DNA from: an uncultured Rhodospirillales bacterium
Lineage (GTDB): Bacteria; Pseudomonadota; Alphaproteobacteria; JAWKYA01
NCBI GenBank assembly: GCA_964397465.1
Contig: CAYNIC010000002.1
Location: 52,162-116,161 of the forward strand
Length of the DNA: 64,000 bases
Direction of reading: 5' to 3'
Position numbers and translations under genes: made by a program. Positions 42,305 to 53,286 of the stretch are shown here, one piece after another. Below the pieces are notes generated by a model. That model was not told where the DNA came from. It did no database searches and saw nothing but the letters and a program-made list of their open reading frames with translations. Position 1 is the stretch's first letter. Each line of letters begins with the position of its first letter.

Positions 42305-42556
42305 TCAGGTGGCATTGGTTTCATCTGCCAGGTCGCGCAATTGATCGATCGTCGTATCTAAACGGTGGGTGGCGGTCTCGGAGGCCGTCTTTAACGCCGC
42401 ATGCTCCGCCTTCAGGGTTTCGAGCTCGGCATGGAGCCGTGCTTCGGTCATCCCGACCTGTTGTCGACGCTGAAGCGCACCCTGAAGAGCCGTCTCAAGA
42501 CGTTCGATTGCTTGCTCTAACCGGCGCTGCGCCGATTCCATCCGACCCGTTTGCAT
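42305..42556 (-). CDS. DUF4164-like coiled-coil protein (often upstream of zapA in alphaproteobacteria)
   Basis: About 83 aa, all coiled-coil (LEQAIERLETALQ...LETLKAEHAALKT). Confidence 0.5.
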   Translation of the reverse strand: MQTGRMESAQRRLEQAIERLETALQGALQRRQQVGMTEARLHAELETLKAEHAALKTASETATHRLDTTIDQLRDLADETNAT

Positions 42557-42802
42557 GGAAATCCTTTTAATCTCACGGCAGTATAAGATGATCTTCGCCG
42601 CGAATGCGAGCATAGGGGATAGGCACCGGCCGCGTCAACGTGGGGGAAGGAGAAAAAGGCAAGTAATGCTTTAATAAGGCGTGAATGCCTCGGCTTGACG
42701 GGCCGGGGGTGGCAAGGCATGTTCCGCCGTCGCGCGCCGCTCGATCCGTCGTCATCGATGTGCTGACGGTATGGCTAAGATCTTGAAGAGATACTTCCGA
42801 CC

Positions 42803-44800
42803 ATGAGCCTCTCATCCGGCAAACCAGCCTCTGTCGACCACTCTCTTATGGCAAACGCCATCCGGGCCCTGGCTATGGACGGGGTTCAGCAAGCCAATTC
42901 TGGCCATCCCGGGATGCCCATGGGGATGGCCGATGTAGCAACGGTGCTTTTTACCCAGTTCTTAAAATTCGATCCCAGCGATCCGTCCTGGCCCGATCGC
43001 GATCGGTTCATTTTATCGGCCGGTCACGGCTCGATGCTGCTTTATGCTTTGCTTCATTTGACGGGCTATGATTTGCCGTTGGATGAGTTAAAGCGCTTTC
43101 GCCAATTGGGGAGTAAGACCCCTGGTCATCCGGAATATGGCCATACTGTTGGTGTCGAAACCACGACCGGGCCCTTGGGCCAAGGATTGGCCACCGCCGT
43201 TGGCATGGCCCTTGCCGAGCGGATGCTGGCCGCAAGGTTCGGTAACGATTTGGTCGATCACTGGACTTATGTCATCGCCGGTGACGGTTGTTTGATGGAA
43301 GGAATTTCCCAAGAGGCAATCTCTCTTGCTGGACATTTAAAATTAGGTCGCATGGTCGTGCTGTGGGACGATAATCGCATTTCGATCGATGGCCCGACCG
43401 ATCTGTCCACCTCTGAAGATCAACAGGCCCGTTTTACGGCGGCAGGATGGCATGTCGCCGCCGTCGACGGACATAATCCCGACGCCATAGCCGCGGCGAT
43501 CGAGGCGGCGCGTAAAGATCCGCGTCCCTCCCTTATCGCCTGCCGGACCATCATCGGTTATGGGGCGCCGACCAAGGCCGGTACCGAAGCCACTCACGGC
43601 GCGCCTCTGGGCGAAAAAGAAATCGCCGGCACCCGCGAGGCCCTTAAATGGCCGCACCTGCCCTTTATCATTCCGTCGGAAATTCTGGCTGCGTGGCGCG
43701 ACAAGGGTGCGCGCGGGAAAAACGCCAACCGAGAGTGGTCGGCGCGCTTGGCCAGCCATCCGAAGATGCCGGAATTTCAGCGCTGCCTTGCCGGAGATCT
43801 ACCGCAAGGATTTGCCGCCGCGGTTGAGAGTTTGCGCAAACGTCTTGTCAGCGAAGCGCCCAACTGGGCAACGCGCCGCTCATCGGAAGAGGTCTTGAAC
43901 GCCTTGGCGGAAGTGGTGCCGGAAATGGTCGGCGGCTCCGCCGATCTGACCGGCTCCAACAATACCAAAGCCAAAGTCATGAAGCCGATCACGCCGACGG
44001 ATTTTAGCGGTCGCTACATTTATTACGGTGTACGCGAGCATGGAATGGCCGCCGCCATGAACGGGATCGCCTTGCATGGCGGCTTGATCCCTTATGGCGG
44101 CACCTTTCTGGTATTCACCGATTACGCCCGCCCGGCCATCCGTCTGTCGGCGCTTATGGGGCTGCGCGTTGTTTATGTCATGACCCACGATTCGATTGGT
44201 CTTGGCGAAGACGGCCCGACCCATCAGCCGGTGGAGCATCTGGCGGCGCTGCGGGTCATTCCCAACCTTCACGTTTTTAGGCCCGCCGATGCCGTGGAAA
44301 CAGCGGAATGTTGGGCTTTGGCTTTAAGTTCAGAGACAACACCTTCGGTTCTTGCCCTCACACGTCAGGGTTTGCCTACGCTGCGCACCACCCATCTTTC
44401 GGACAATCCATGCGCACGCGGCGCCTATGTTTTAGCCGAAGCCGAAAACGGTGCGCGCAAAGTCACCTTATTGGCGACGGGATCGGAAGTTTCGCTCGCC
44501 ATGACGGCGCGGAAATCTTTGCAAGAAAAAGGCGTGCCAACCGCGGTTGTTTCCATGCCGTGCTGGGAATTATTTGCACAACAATCCGACGATTATCGTC
44601 GACAAGTTCTGGGTATTGGAACGATCCGTGTCGGTATTGAGGCCGCCAGCCGCTTCGGCTGGGATCAGTGGTTGGGCGACCAGGGCAGCTTTGTCGGCAT
44701 GAGCGGATTTGGCGCTTCCGCTCCAGCCGATCAGCTGTATAAGCACTTCGGCATCACGGCCGACGATGTTGTGAAAGTAGTGCAGAAAAAACTTAAATGA
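42803..44800 (+). CDS. tkt: Transketolase
   Basis: 665 aa with a TPP-binding GHPG...[10 protein letters not shown] motif. Confidence 0.95.
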   Translation: MSLSSGKPASVDHSLMANAIRALAMDGVQQANSGHPGMPMGMADVATVLFTQFLKFDPSDPSWPDRDRFILSAGHGSMLLYALLHLTGYDLPLDELKRFRQLGSKTPGHPEYGHTVGVETTTGPLGQGLATAVGMALAERMLAARFGNDLVDHWTYVIAGDGCLMEGISQEAISLAGHLKLGRMVVLWDDNRISIDGPTDLSTSEDQQARFTAAGWHVAAVDGHNPDAIAAAIEAARKDPRPSLIACRTIIGYGAPTKAGTEATHGAPLGEKEIAGTREALKWPHLPFIIPSEILAAWRDKGARGKNANREWSARLASHPKMPEFQRCLAGDLPQGFAAAVESLRKRLVSEAPNWATRRSSEEVLNALAEVVPEMVGGSADLTGSNNTKAKVMKPITPTDFSGRYIYYGVREHGMAAAMNGIALHGGLIPYGGTFLVFTDYARPAIRLSALMGLRVVYVMTHDSIGLGEDGPTHQPVEHLAALRVIPNLHVFRPADAVETAECWALALSSETTPSVLALTRQGLPTLRTTHLSDNPCARGAYVLAEAENGARKVTLLATGSEVSLAMTARKSLQEKGVPTAVVSMPCWELFAQQSDDYRRQVLGIGTIRVGIEAASRFGWDQWLGDQGSFVGMSGFGASAPADQLYKHFGITADDVVKVVQKKLK

Positions 44801-44813
44801 CTTTAAAGCGAGA

Positions 44814-45824
44814 TTGAGCGAGATGGACATTCAAGCACTCAACAAAACGGCTAAAACATTAATGGCCCCGGGTAAGGGTATTCTGGCGGCGGATGAAAGC
44901 ACCGGCACGATTAAAAAGAGGTTTGACACGATTAAGTTAACGTCAACCGAAGAGGCGCGGCGCGACTATCGTCACATGCTGTTCACAACCCCCAAGGTGA
45001 ATCAATTTATCAGCGGGGTCATTCTTTATGATGAAACTCTTCGCCAAAAGGCCGCCGATGGTCGTAGCCTTGTTTCGATCCTCAAAGACGCCGGAATCAT
45101 TCCGGGCATTAAAGTTGATATCGGCGCCAAGCCCCTGGCCTTGCATCCGGGCGAAACCGTCACCGAAGGGCTGGACGGTCTTGCCGATCGTTTGGCGGAA
45201 TACCGTAAACTCGGCGCAAAGTTTGCCAAGTGGCGCGCTGTTTATGCTATAGGTGGGGGTATTCCTAGCCGGGCAGGTTATGCCGCTAATGCGCACGCCT
45301 TGGCTCGGTATGCGGGGTTGTGCCAGGAAGCCGGGATCGTTCCGATTGTTGAGCCCGAAGTGTTGATGGATGGCGCTCACGATATCGAAACGTGCCGCAG
45401 CGTTACCCATGAGGCTTTGCGCACGGTTTTTGCCGCCCTGCTCGAGCAGGGCGTAAAGCTGGAAGGTATTTTGCTCAAGCCAAATATGATTATTTCTGGC
45501 ACCAAGGCTAAGAAGCAAGCACCGATCGACGAGGTAGCCCGCCAGACGGTGGAGTGCTTTTTGCGCATGGTTCCGGCCGCTGTCCCGGGTATTGTCTTTT
45601 TGTCAGGCGGCCAGTCTGATGAGCTGGCGACCCGGCATCTCAACGCTATGAACAAGCTTTACAAAAACCTGCCGTGGGGTCTTAGCTTCTCTTATGGCCG
45701 CGCTTTACAAGCCGCGCCCCTTAAGGCGTGGGGTGGAAAAGCCGCCAATGTGAAAAAGGGACAAGCGGTATTCTTTGATGTCGCCAAGGCCAACGGTGCC
45801 GCCGCCCGCGGCGCCTACCGGTAA
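44814..45824 (+). CDS. fba: Class I fructose-bisphosphate aldolase
   Basis: GKGILAADESTGTIKKRF and the Schiff-base Lys region. 336 aa. Confidence 0.9.
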   Translation: MSEMDIQALNKTAKTLMAPGKGILAADESTGTIKKRFDTIKLTSTEEARRDYRHMLFTTPKVNQFISGVILYDETLRQKAADGRSLVSILKDAGIIPGIKVDIGAKPLALHPGETVTEGLDGLADRLAEYRKLGAKFAKWRAVYAIGGGIPSRAGYAANAHALARYAGLCQEAGIVPIVEPEVLMDGAHDIETCRSVTHEALRTVFAALLEQGVKLEGILLKPNMIISGTKAKKQAPIDEVARQTVECFLRMVPAAVPGIVFLSGGQSDELATRHLNAMNKLYKNLPWGLSFSYGRALQAAPLKAWGGKAANVKKGQAVFFDVAKANGAAARGAYR

Positions 45825-45839
45825 TTGAGGAGAAACACG

Positions 45840-46847
45840 ATGGCAGTTCGGATCGCGATTAATGGGTTTGGCCGTATCGGTCGATTGGTCTTGCGGGCTG
45901 CCCTCGAGGCGGGTCGCAAGGATATAGAGATCGTCGCCATCAACGATCTGGGATCGGTTGATATGAACGCGCATTTGTTGCGTCATGATTCCACCCATGG
46001 CCATCTGCCGTTTCCGGTTAAGTCCGGCAAAGACTTCATCGAGGTGGCGGGTAAGAAAATCAAAGTCACCGCCGAGCGGGATCCGGCCAATTTGCCGTGG
46101 AAGGCGCTGAAGGTTGATATCGTGGCCGAGTGCACCGGCATTTTCACGAAAAAAGAGGATGCCGCGAAGCATCTAACCGCGGGCGCATCCCGCGTGCTGA
46201 TTTCGGCGCCGGCCACGGGCGAAGACTTGACCGTGGTTTATGGCGTCAATCATGACAAACTGAAAAAATCTCACCGCATCGTCTCGAACGCATCCTGCAC
46301 CACGAACTGCTTGGCCCCTGTTGCTCAAGTCTTAAACGAGGCGATCGGTATTCAACGCGGATTTATGACCACTATCCACGCCTTCACTGGTGATCAAGTT
46401 ACATTGGATACGCTGCACCGTGATCCACGGCGGGCCCGAACCGCCTCAGTCTCGATGATCCCGACCTCGACCGGTGCCGCTAAGGCCTTGGGCCTTGTCC
46501 TGCCCGAGCTTCAAGGCAAGATGGATGGAACTTCCATTCGGGTGCCGACGCCTAATGTCTCGCTCATCGATCTGACCTTCGATGCGGCGCGCAATACGAC
46601 CGCTGAAGAAATCAATGCAGCGATCATCAAGGCGTCAAAAGGTAAACTGAAAGGCATTTTGGGCGTAAATGACGAACCCTTGGTGTCGATCGACTTCAAC
46701 CATAATCCCTACAGCTCGACCTTTGACGTGACCCAAACCCAGGTTATCGACAAGAAACTTTGCCGGGTCTTGTCGTGGTACGACAATGAGTGGGGCTTCT
46801 CCAATCGCATGCTCGATACAGCGGTGGCCATGGGTCGTCTCGGTTAA
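45840..46847 (+). CDS. gap: Glyceraldehyde-3-phosphate dehydrogenase (type I)
   Basis: [15 protein letters not shown], the active site [12 protein letters not shown], and a GAGGAG RBS. Confidence 0.95.
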   Translation: MAVRIAINGFGRIGRLVLRAALEAGRKDIEIVAINDLGSVDMNAHLLRHDSTHGHLPFPVKSGKDFIEVAGKKIKVTAERDPANLPWKALKVDIVAECTGIFTKKEDAAKHLTAGASRVLISAPATGEDLTVVYGVNHDKLKKSHRIVSNASCTTNCLAPVAQVLNEAIGIQRGFMTTIHAFTGDQVTLDTLHRDPRRARTASVSMIPTSTGAAKALGLVLPELQGKMDGTSIRVPTPNVSLIDLTFDAARNTTAEEINAAIIKASKGKLKGILGVNDEPLVSIDFNHNPYSSTFDVTQTQVIDKKLCRVLSWYDNEWGFSNRMLDTAVAMGRLG

Positions 46848-47278
46848 TGGGCGAAGAGCCTGCGATTATCATTCATAATTTTGCGCAAGGGCAGGCCGTC
46901 CTTGCGGCGGCTCATGAAGTGAATAAACCTGTGATTTTATGGAGCGCGCCCGGCGCCGGATGCTATGCCGGTGCGGCGTGGTGGCGCGGATTGCTTGATC
47001 TCTTGAAGCAGGTTCAGCCGGAGCAAAGCCGCTACACCAGCGTCCTAGATTGCAGTGATGCGCCCGGTTTTGCCATGGCCGCGATCCGGACCCGGATTCC
47101 CAGTATTTATTTCTGTGGATCCCCGGACATAACCCAAAAGCTATCGGCGATGGCGACCGCCCAAGGTCTTGAGCTTGTCACGCTTCGCCCCGCGGCTCTC
47201 GATTTAGCTACGGCTAAAGATCCCCAAGGCGCCTGTCAGCATTATCTAAAGGGCGGTCAGCAGCATGGCGTCACTTAA
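46847..47278 (+). CDS. Hypothetical protein, translationally coupled between gap and thiE
   Basis: 143 aa. The start ATG overlaps the gap TAA (TAATG) and the end overlaps thiE by 14 nt. I recognise no family. Confidence 0.5.
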   Translation: MGEEPAIIIHNFAQGQAVLAAAHEVNKPVILWSAPGAGCYAGAAWWRGLLDLLKQVQPEQSRYTSVLDCSDAPGFAMAAIRTRIPSIYFCGSPDITQKLSAMATAQGLELVTLRPAALDLATAKDPQGACQHYLKGGQQHGVT

Positions 47279-47927
47279 GAATAATGCGTGCCGGCTCTAT
47301 CTAATTACACCGCCTAAAATTGAGGTGTCGATTTTTGCCCAGGCGCTCACTCAAGCCCTGGATGGGGGGGACGTTGCCGCCGTGCAACTTCGGCTGAAAG
47401 ATTGTTCTGATGACGTCATTCGCGCGGCCATTAAAAGTCTGCAACCGCTTGTTCAAGAACGCGACGTGGCCTTCATCTTGAACGATCGCCCTGATCTTGC
47501 GGCAGAGATGGGATGCGATGGCGTCCATATAGGACAATCCGACGGATCCTATAGTGATGCCCGTCGCCTTATGGGCGAAGACAGAAGTATGGGGGTTACT
47601 TGCCATGCCTCACGGCATCTGGCGATCGAAGCCGCCGAAGCCGGAGCGGACTATGTCGCCTTTGGTGCATTTTTTCCCTCGTCGACCAAACCTGAGGCTG
47701 ACGAACGGGCGCCGGTCGAGCTTTTATCCTGGTGGTCTGAATTGACCGAAGTCCCCGTGGTTGCGATCGGCGGCATAACCCCACTAAACTGTAGGTCGCT
47801 CGTTGCGGCAGGTGCTGACTTTCTTGCCGTTGCAAACGCGGTTTGGAATCATGTCCGTGGTCCGGGTGCGGCCATTCAGGATTTCCTGAAGGCCATAGAA
47901 ACGGCAAAATCTATTGATCAAACGTGA
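47265..47927 (+). CDS. thiE: Thiamine-phosphate synthase
   Basis: RLYLITPP start, then HIGQSD and AVGGI motifs. 220 aa. Confidence 0.85.
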   Translation: MASLKNNACRLYLITPPKIEVSIFAQALTQALDGGDVAAVQLRLKDCSDDVIRAAIKSLQPLVQERDVAFILNDRPDLAAEMGCDGVHIGQSDGSYSDARRLMGEDRSMGVTCHASRHLAIEAAEAGADYVAFGAFFPSSTKPEADERAPVELLSWWSELTEVPVVAIGGITPLNCRSLVAAGADFLAVANAVWNHVRGPGAAIQDFLKAIETAKSIDQT

Positions 47928-47957
47928 ATAAAGCGAATTTAATAGGAGAAGAATAAG

Positions 47958-48698
47958 GTGACGATGATGTCGTTCGATTGGGTATTTAACATAGAGATCT
48001 GGGCGTCCTTGCTGACGTTGTCGGTACTGGAAATCGTGCTGGGCATCGACAACATCATTTTCATTTCCATTATGGCCGGCAAATTGCCGCCGCATCAACG
48101 GGCCAAGGCACGGCAAGTTGGTTTGGCACTGGCGCTGATTACGCGAATTTTATTGCTGTCGACCATTGCCTGGATTGCTGGCCTTAAAGAGCCTTTCATG
48201 ACCATCTACGATTTTGGCTTGTCATGGCGCGATGTCATCCTGTTCGGCGGGGGTTTGTTCCTTGTCTATAAAGGCACGAATGAGATTTACACTATGATCG
48301 AGGTTGATGAAGAGGGGCATCGCCATGTTAAAACGTCTGGCTTCACCTCGATCGTGATACAGATCATGTTTATTGATATTGTATTCTCTCTTGATTCAGT
48401 GATTACCGCGGTAGGCATGTCGAATCATTTGCCGGTAATGATCGCCGCCGTCATCATTGCCGTTGTCGCAATGTTGTTTGCATCGGGACCTCTGTCCACA
48501 TTTGTTGATAGGCATCCTTCCGTAAAGATGTTGGCGTTGGCGTTCTTGCTGCTGGTGGGTGTGTTGCTTATTGCGGATGGTCTGCATTTCCACTTCCCGC
48601 GGGAATACCTTTATTTTGCCATGGCCTTTTCGGTTATGGTGGAAGGGCTTAATCTCTTTCACAATAAGCGTAAGAGGCGGCGCAAGAAGGTCGATTGA
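47958..48698 (+). CDS. TerC-family integral membrane protein
   Basis: 246 aa with multiple TM helices, typical TerC pairs, and a Lys/Arg-rich C-terminal tail. GTG start after an AGGAG RBS. Confidence 0.8.
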   Translation: MTMMSFDWVFNIEIWASLLTLSVLEIVLGIDNIIFISIMAGKLPPHQRAKARQVGLALALITRILLLSTIAWIAGLKEPFMTIYDFGLSWRDVILFGGGLFLVYKGTNEIYTMIEVDEEGHRHVKTSGFTSIVIQIMFIDIVFSLDSVITAVGMSNHLPVMIAAVIIAVVAMLFASGPLSTFVDRHPSVKMLALAFLLLVGVLLIADGLHFHFPREYLYFAMAFSVMVEGLNLFHNKRKRRRKKVD

Positions 48699-48800
48699 TC
48701 CGAAGCGGCGACTGCAGCAAGCGACAGTTGCATGGGGCGGGCCTCCTTGTTAGGGTCCGTCCCTGCAATTCTTAATGTTACTTCTCTAAAGTGGATTTTT

Positions 48801-49598
48801 ATGCCCTCAGCTTCCCCCCTTATTTCTGTTATGGCTGCAACGGCGATAAAAGCGGGTCGTGCTTTACGTCGTGACTTTGGTGAAGTGGAAGCGCTTCAAG
48901 TATCCCGCAAAGGGCCGGCGGATTTCGTGTCAAATGCCGACATAAAGTCCGAGCGGCTTATTCGTAAAGAGCTCGAAAAAGCGCGGCCCGGCTGGAGCTT
49001 TCTCATGGAGGAAGGCGGGGTCATTGAGGGCGAAGTAGGACGTCCACGGTGGATCGTCGATCCTTTGGACGGAACGACTAATTTTCTCCACGGCCTTCCT
49101 CATTTCGCCGTATCCATTGGAGTTGAACAGGGCGGCGAACTTACCGCAGGGGTCATCTACGATCCAATCAAGGATGAAACCTTTTGGGCGGAGAAAGGCG
49201 TAGGCGCCTATCTCAACCAGCGGCGTATACGCGTTTCGGCGCGGGATAAACTTCCCGATGCCTTGCTCGCGACAGGTATTCCCTTTCTCGGCAGTAAGGC
49301 CAAGCAGCATGACCGCTATCTTGCCGAAATGCGCGCGGCGATGGAGTCAACATCTGGGGTGCGGCGTTGGGGAGCTGCGGCTCTTGACCTTGCCTATGTT
49401 GCCGCCGGACGGGTTGATGCCTACTGGGAAGCAGGCCTATCACCCTGGGATATCGCCGCCGGAATTGTACTCGTCAGGGAAGCGGGGGGCTATGTCAGCG
49501 CGATAGATGGAACGCCGCTTCGCCTCGATAGCGACACAATCCTTGCCGCGAATGATCGGCTGTTTAAACCCGTGGGTGACATGCTTCGAGGGGCATAA
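48801..49598 (+). CDS. Inositol monophosphatase family protein (SuhB/HisN-like)
   Basis: WIVDPLDGTTNFLHG and WDIAAG motifs. Confidence 0.85.
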   Translation: MPSASPLISVMAATAIKAGRALRRDFGEVEALQVSRKGPADFVSNADIKSERLIRKELEKARPGWSFLMEEGGVIEGEVGRPRWIVDPLDGTTNFLHGLPHFAVSIGVEQGGELTAGVIYDPIKDETFWAEKGVGAYLNQRRIRVSARDKLPDALLATGIPFLGSKAKQHDRYLAEMRAAMESTSGVRRWGAAALDLAYVAAGRVDAYWEAGLSPWDIAAGIVLVREAGGYVSAIDGTPLRLDSDTILAANDRLFKPVGDMLRGA

Positions 49599-49704
49599 AA
49601 TCAAGCTTTTAGAGGGGGTTCCGGGAAAGAAATTGTCCCCGGCAGTCACCTCCGCTATGGTGCAGCGGATTTCACGCCTAACGGCTAGGGTTCGCGGGGC
49701 TAAC

Positions 49705-50787
49705 ATGCTGAAACTGGGTGTAAAAATGAGACGATCCAACACAGGTCATTGCCTTGTGATCGGGGCATTCTTGGGTCTCACCTCTTTTATATTTGGATCG
49801 ATGGCCCAGGCGCAAAGCTCGGGCGTTTACGTTGATACGGGCGTTCTTGACTCTTTGGGACGCGCCGGTCAGCCGACCTATGGTTATTCGCCCACCTATC
49901 CGGCAGCTGCGCCTGCTTATCCTTATCCCTATGCAGGTAATAGCCAAGTCTATGGCAGCGGTGCTGTGACCGTGAATCCTGTCGACGTGGCCTTAGGCTA
50001 CAACGGTATGCCCGGTCAGTATGGATATGGTGGCAATGAGGTTGGATCTAGATTGCCCCCTCCGGGAATGCCGGCGCTGAAACGCATGGTGCGAGACGTC
50101 AACCAACGGGGATTGTCGCGCTTGCCCGGTGGGCAAACGGCTGCGGTGCGGACACCGTCGACGCCGAAGACTCCGGCAGCATCAACCCAAACCACTACAC
50201 CTGCGCCGTCATCAGAAGCCCCACCACCAGCTGCGACGGCTTCGGCGCCCATTCCAGCACCTATGGATCCGCCCCGCGATGTAGCGCCGCCGCCAGGAGG
50301 CGTAGCAAGCGCTCCGCCATCAACCGCCGTTACGCCGCCGCCGTCTCCGGCCACACCCAATACACCGGCATCGCCACCAGCTGCTGCTAAACCCACAGAT
50401 AAGCCGCCTGTGGCGACGGTTTCGCCGCAAGGAGAGATCCAAACCGCGGCGGTACCCGTAGCGACCGCGCAGAATAGCGTTCGTATCGTTTTCGAGAATG
50501 CGTCGACGAACCTGCCGGCTCAGGCCAAGGCAATGTTGGATGAGGTCGCCAAGAAAATGGGTGCGACGCCGAATATGCGGCTTCAGCTGCTGGCCTATTC
50601 GGCCAGCGACGGCGACAATGCAAGTCAGGCGCGCCGTACCTCCCTATTTAGGGCAATTACGGTCCGGTCTTATTTGATCGAGAAGGAAGTGCTCAGCCGC
50701 CGCATCGAAGTTCGCGCTTTGGGAAATAAATTTGATCAAGCGCCGGGTGATCGGGTTGACGTCATCATGGTGACAGGCACCGAGTAA
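49705..50787 (+). CDS. OmpA-like domain protein with a long Pro/Ala/Thr-rich linker
   Basis: A signal peptide, a ~180 aa P/A/T-rich region, and a C-terminal OmpA/MotB-like fold (VRIVFENASTNLP...LLAYSASDGDNASQARRTSLFRAITVRSYL). The start could be ATG 49705 or 49726. Confidence 0.6.
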   Translation: MLKLGVKMRRSNTGHCLVIGAFLGLTSFIFGSMAQAQSSGVYVDTGVLDSLGRAGQPTYGYSPTYPAAAPAYPYPYAGNSQVYGSGAVTVNPVDVALGYNGMPGQYGYGGNEVGSRLPPPGMPALKRMVRDVNQRGLSRLPGGQTAAVRTPSTPKTPAASTQTTTPAPSSEAPPPAATASAPIPAPMDPPRDVAPPPGGVASAPPSTAVTPPPSPATPNTPASPPAAAKPTDKPPVATVSPQGEIQTAAVPVATAQNSVRIVFENASTNLPAQAKAMLDEVAKKMGATPNMRLQLLAYSASDGDNASQARRTSLFRAITVRSYLIEKEVLSRRIEVRALGNKFDQAPGDRVDVIMVTGTE

Positions 50788-50808
50788 CCAATGCCCGACG
50801 ATCGGCGG

Positions 50809-51147
50809 CTATCGCTGCTCGTCTCCCTTGATGCCCAAAGACAACATTAGTCCCACTGCGGCGCCTTTAACCGAAGGCAGCAGAAGAATGGTCATGATCG
50901 TGGTCGTGGCCGGCCATACCGCCATGTGCACCCAGTAAGACCAATGCCATGTCTGCTCGGTCCAAAGCAGAAGCGGAACAATAACATGTCCAACAATCAT
51001 AATCGTTAGGTAGGCTGGCAAATCGTCGGCGCGAATATGGCCAAGCCGCATGTGGCAATGGGTGCATGCATCGACCAGCTTTAAATAACGACGATATAGC
51101 CCGCCGCGCGCGCAGTGGGGGCAGCGATGACGAAATCCCGCGCTCAT
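50809..51147 (-). CDS. DUF983-family membrane protein (zinc-ribbon plus 2 TM)
   Basis: CPHCARGGLYRRYLKLVDACTHCH zinc ribbon, then two TM helices. Confidence 0.6.
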   Translation of the reverse strand: MSAGFRHRCPHCARGGLYRRYLKLVDACTHCHMRLGHIRADDLPAYLTIMIVGHVIVPLLLWTEQTWHWSYWVHMAVWPATTTIMTILLLPSVKGAAVGLMLSLGIKGDEQR

Positions 51148-51288
51148 GGCGGCAAAGCGGGTAGGCGTATCCAGCGTCAAAGGTGGGGGAGGAAGGTTTT
51201 GCATGAGGTTAATTTAGCCTTCCTCGTCCTCCTCTTCATCAAGGCGGATCGCCGCAGGGCTCAAGAAAATAAAGACATGGATTTCGGC

Positions 51289-51453
51289 TTAATCCTGAAG
51301 CCGGATGATTTCATCCTTTAGCTTCAGCTTTTCTTTTTTAAGACCGTGAAGGGTCGTTGGATCGGGAATTGGGCGCTGAGTTTCTTGGGCAATTTGTCGG
51401 TCAAGGTCGGCGTGTTTAGCTTTTAAGGCCTCGATATGCTGGATCACAGCCAT
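51289..51453 (-). CDS. DUF465 (YdcH-like) small protein
   Basis: 54 aa MAVIQHIEALKAKHADLDRQIAQE...LKKEKLKLKDEIIRL. Confidence 0.6.
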   Translation of the reverse strand: MAVIQHIEALKAKHADLDRQIAQETQRPIPDPTTLHGLKKEKLKLKDEIIRLQD

Positions 51454-51615
51454 TGCACATTCTCCCAGTTGTCGCATCAACTACTAGATTCATGCTAAAC
51501 CCGGGATTGCGGCATCGCCAAGGGCGGAATAGGGAATATTAAAAATAAATATTCCTTAAGGGTTTTGTTAACTTAGCAACCGACGGTCGAGAAAAATCGC
51601 ATCAAAATAAGACAC

Positions 51616-52134
51616 TTAAGGTTTCTGTCGCTGCCAAAATAGCTCGGCGGCGTTGCGAATTTTCCCCAGACGAAGATCGTTAATTTTTAGCTTGGGCGTT
51701 GCTTCAATAAGGGGACGCATCTGAGCCTCGGAGACGCTTCCTGCGGGACCTTTGCTTAAAGCTGCCAGGCTGCCTAACAAAAGAAACTCTGCTTCAAGCT
51801 CGGCTTTTTTTACCTTGGTGCGCAGGGCTTCGCGACCTTCGGCTTCCATTGCAGGAAAGTCGCGCTTTAATTCCTGGCGAACTTGGCGCAAAGGTTGAAT
51901 GACCGCGTCCTTCCATAAGGCGGCAAGAGTGCGTGCGGATTTTACCGCGGAAGACTCCAACGGCGCCGACCACAGATAAAAGAGGAGTAAGGGAATATTG
52001 GTCTCAAACTCTTCTTGCAAAGAGAGGCAAGTTTTCTCGATCCCCGGCGAGGTAAAAACCTCAAGGGCAAAGGCATGAAGTTCGTCGGCAAAGTTTGCGA
52101 TGTCTTCAGAGGAAAGTTTATGAATTGCCGACAT
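51616..52134 (-). CDS. Hypothetical protein (lower GC than neighbours)
   Basis: 172 aa MSAIHKLSSEDIANFADELHAFALEVF.... I recognise no catalytic motif. The region is visibly AT-richer than the flanks. Confidence 0.45.
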   Translation of the reverse strand: MSAIHKLSSEDIANFADELHAFALEVFTSPGIEKTCLSLQEEFETNIPLLLFYLWSAPLESSAVKSARTLAALWKDAVIQPLRQVRQELKRDFPAMEAEGREALRTKVKKAELEAEFLLLGSLAALSKGPAGSVSEAQMRPLIEATPKLKINDLRLGKIRNAAELFWQRQKP

Positions 52135-53188
52135 ATATTCCCAAACCACGTGCTGTATGTAAAAGAGGATCATCGGATCTTACCGCAGCATAAGCAGCGA
52201 TGGCTTCGGCAAGAGATACGTCGATAACACGGCGATCGCGCCACGCCACCATGCGGTCAAATTTCTTCGCGGCAACAAGATCGACCGCATGGACGCCAAA
52301 GGCAGAAGCAATCAGCCGGTCTTGGTAGGTGGGGCTGGCGCCACGTTGAAGGTGACCCAAAACAGTGACGCGGGTTTCGGCGCCTGTGGCTTCGCTGATC
52401 CGGTCGCCGACATAATGACCAATGCCGCCATAACGGCCTTCGTTGCCGCGGATGGCGTTGCCGGTCTCGGTCTTGACGGCTTCGGCCACGACCACCAAGG
52501 CAAAGTTGCGTCCGGCTGACTTGACGGCTTCGATCTTGGTTTTTAGCCCGTCCAGCTGCCACGGAATTTCCGGCAGCAAAATGGCATCGGCGCCGCCCGC
52601 GACGCCCGCAGCAAGCGCGATATGTCCTGCGTCCCGGCCCATCACCTCAAGGACCATGACCCGGCTATGGCTGGCGGCCGTGGGCTGCAACTGATCAAGG
52701 GCTTGGGTGGCGACGGCCACGGCACTGGAAAACCCGACCGACAGTTCGGTCAGACCGATGTCATTATCGATGGTTTTTGGGATGCCGACGAAGGGAATCG
52801 CGCCTTTTTGGGCCAAGCGGCGCAGGATATCGAGACTGCCGTCACCGCCGATCCCAATTAAGGCATCTAGATTTAACAAACGGAATCCCTCGATAACCTC
52901 GGAGGAGCGATCAAATTTGCTGCCGTCGGGGCGGGGAAAGGCAAAGGGATTGCCGGTATTTGTCGTCCCTAAGATTGTTCCGCCAAGGCGAAGCATCCCC
53001 GCATCGATGCGGCCGGACTCCAGGATTTCTGCGCTTGGCGGGCGTTGCAAAAGCCCGTGGGTTCCTTGGTGGAGCCCCATAACCTGCCAGCCGTAACCCT
53101 CGGTGGCTCTATAGGTAACGGCGCGTATGACGGCATTTAGCCCGGCACAATCGCCCCCACTGGTTAACAGTCCAATTCGCTTCGTCAT
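52118..53188 (-). CDS. pfk: 6-phosphofructokinase (PfkA family, possibly PPi-dependent)
   Basis: MTKRIGLLTSGGDCAGLNAVIRAV, then GGDGS and MGR motifs. Confidence 0.85.
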   Translation of the reverse strand: MTKRIGLLTSGGDCAGLNAVIRAVTYRATEGYGWQVMGLHQGTHGLLQRPPSAEILESGRIDAGMLRLGGTILGTTNTGNPFAFPRPDGSKFDRSSEVIEGFRLLNLDALIGIGGDGSLDILRRLAQKGAIPFVGIPKTIDNDIGLTELSVGFSSAVAVATQALDQLQPTAASHSRVMVLEVMGRDAGHIALAAGVAGGADAILLPEIPWQLDGLKTKIEAVKSAGRNFALVVVAEAVKTETGNAIRGNEGRYGGIGHYVGDRISEATGAETRVTVLGHLQRGASPTYQDRLIASAFGVHAVDLVAAKKFDRMVAWRDRRVIDVSLAEAIAAYAAVRSDDPLLHTARGLGIYVGNS

Positions 53189-53205
53189 GGCGGGCAATTT
53201 GCCAT

Positions 53206-53249
53206 GGCCGATAAGGATAAAGCAACGGCCGATATGCCGACGGCCGATA
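53206..53249. promoter_or_regulatory. Three direct GGCCGATA repeats in the divergent pfk/DUF465 promoter
   Basis: GGCCGATA at 53206, 53227 and 53242. Confidence 0.3.
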
Positions 53250-53286
53250 TAGCAACCTGGCCAAGGTTAGTGTAAAAGCCCAGGCC

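Noticed and set aside
47928-47957. yybP-ykoY (Mn) riboswitch upstream of the TerC-family gene, and TPP riboswitches upstream of thiD/thiE
   Set aside because: Only 30 nt separate thiE from the TerC gene. thiD overlaps glmM and thiE overlaps the upstream ORF. There is no room for a riboswitch aptamer.
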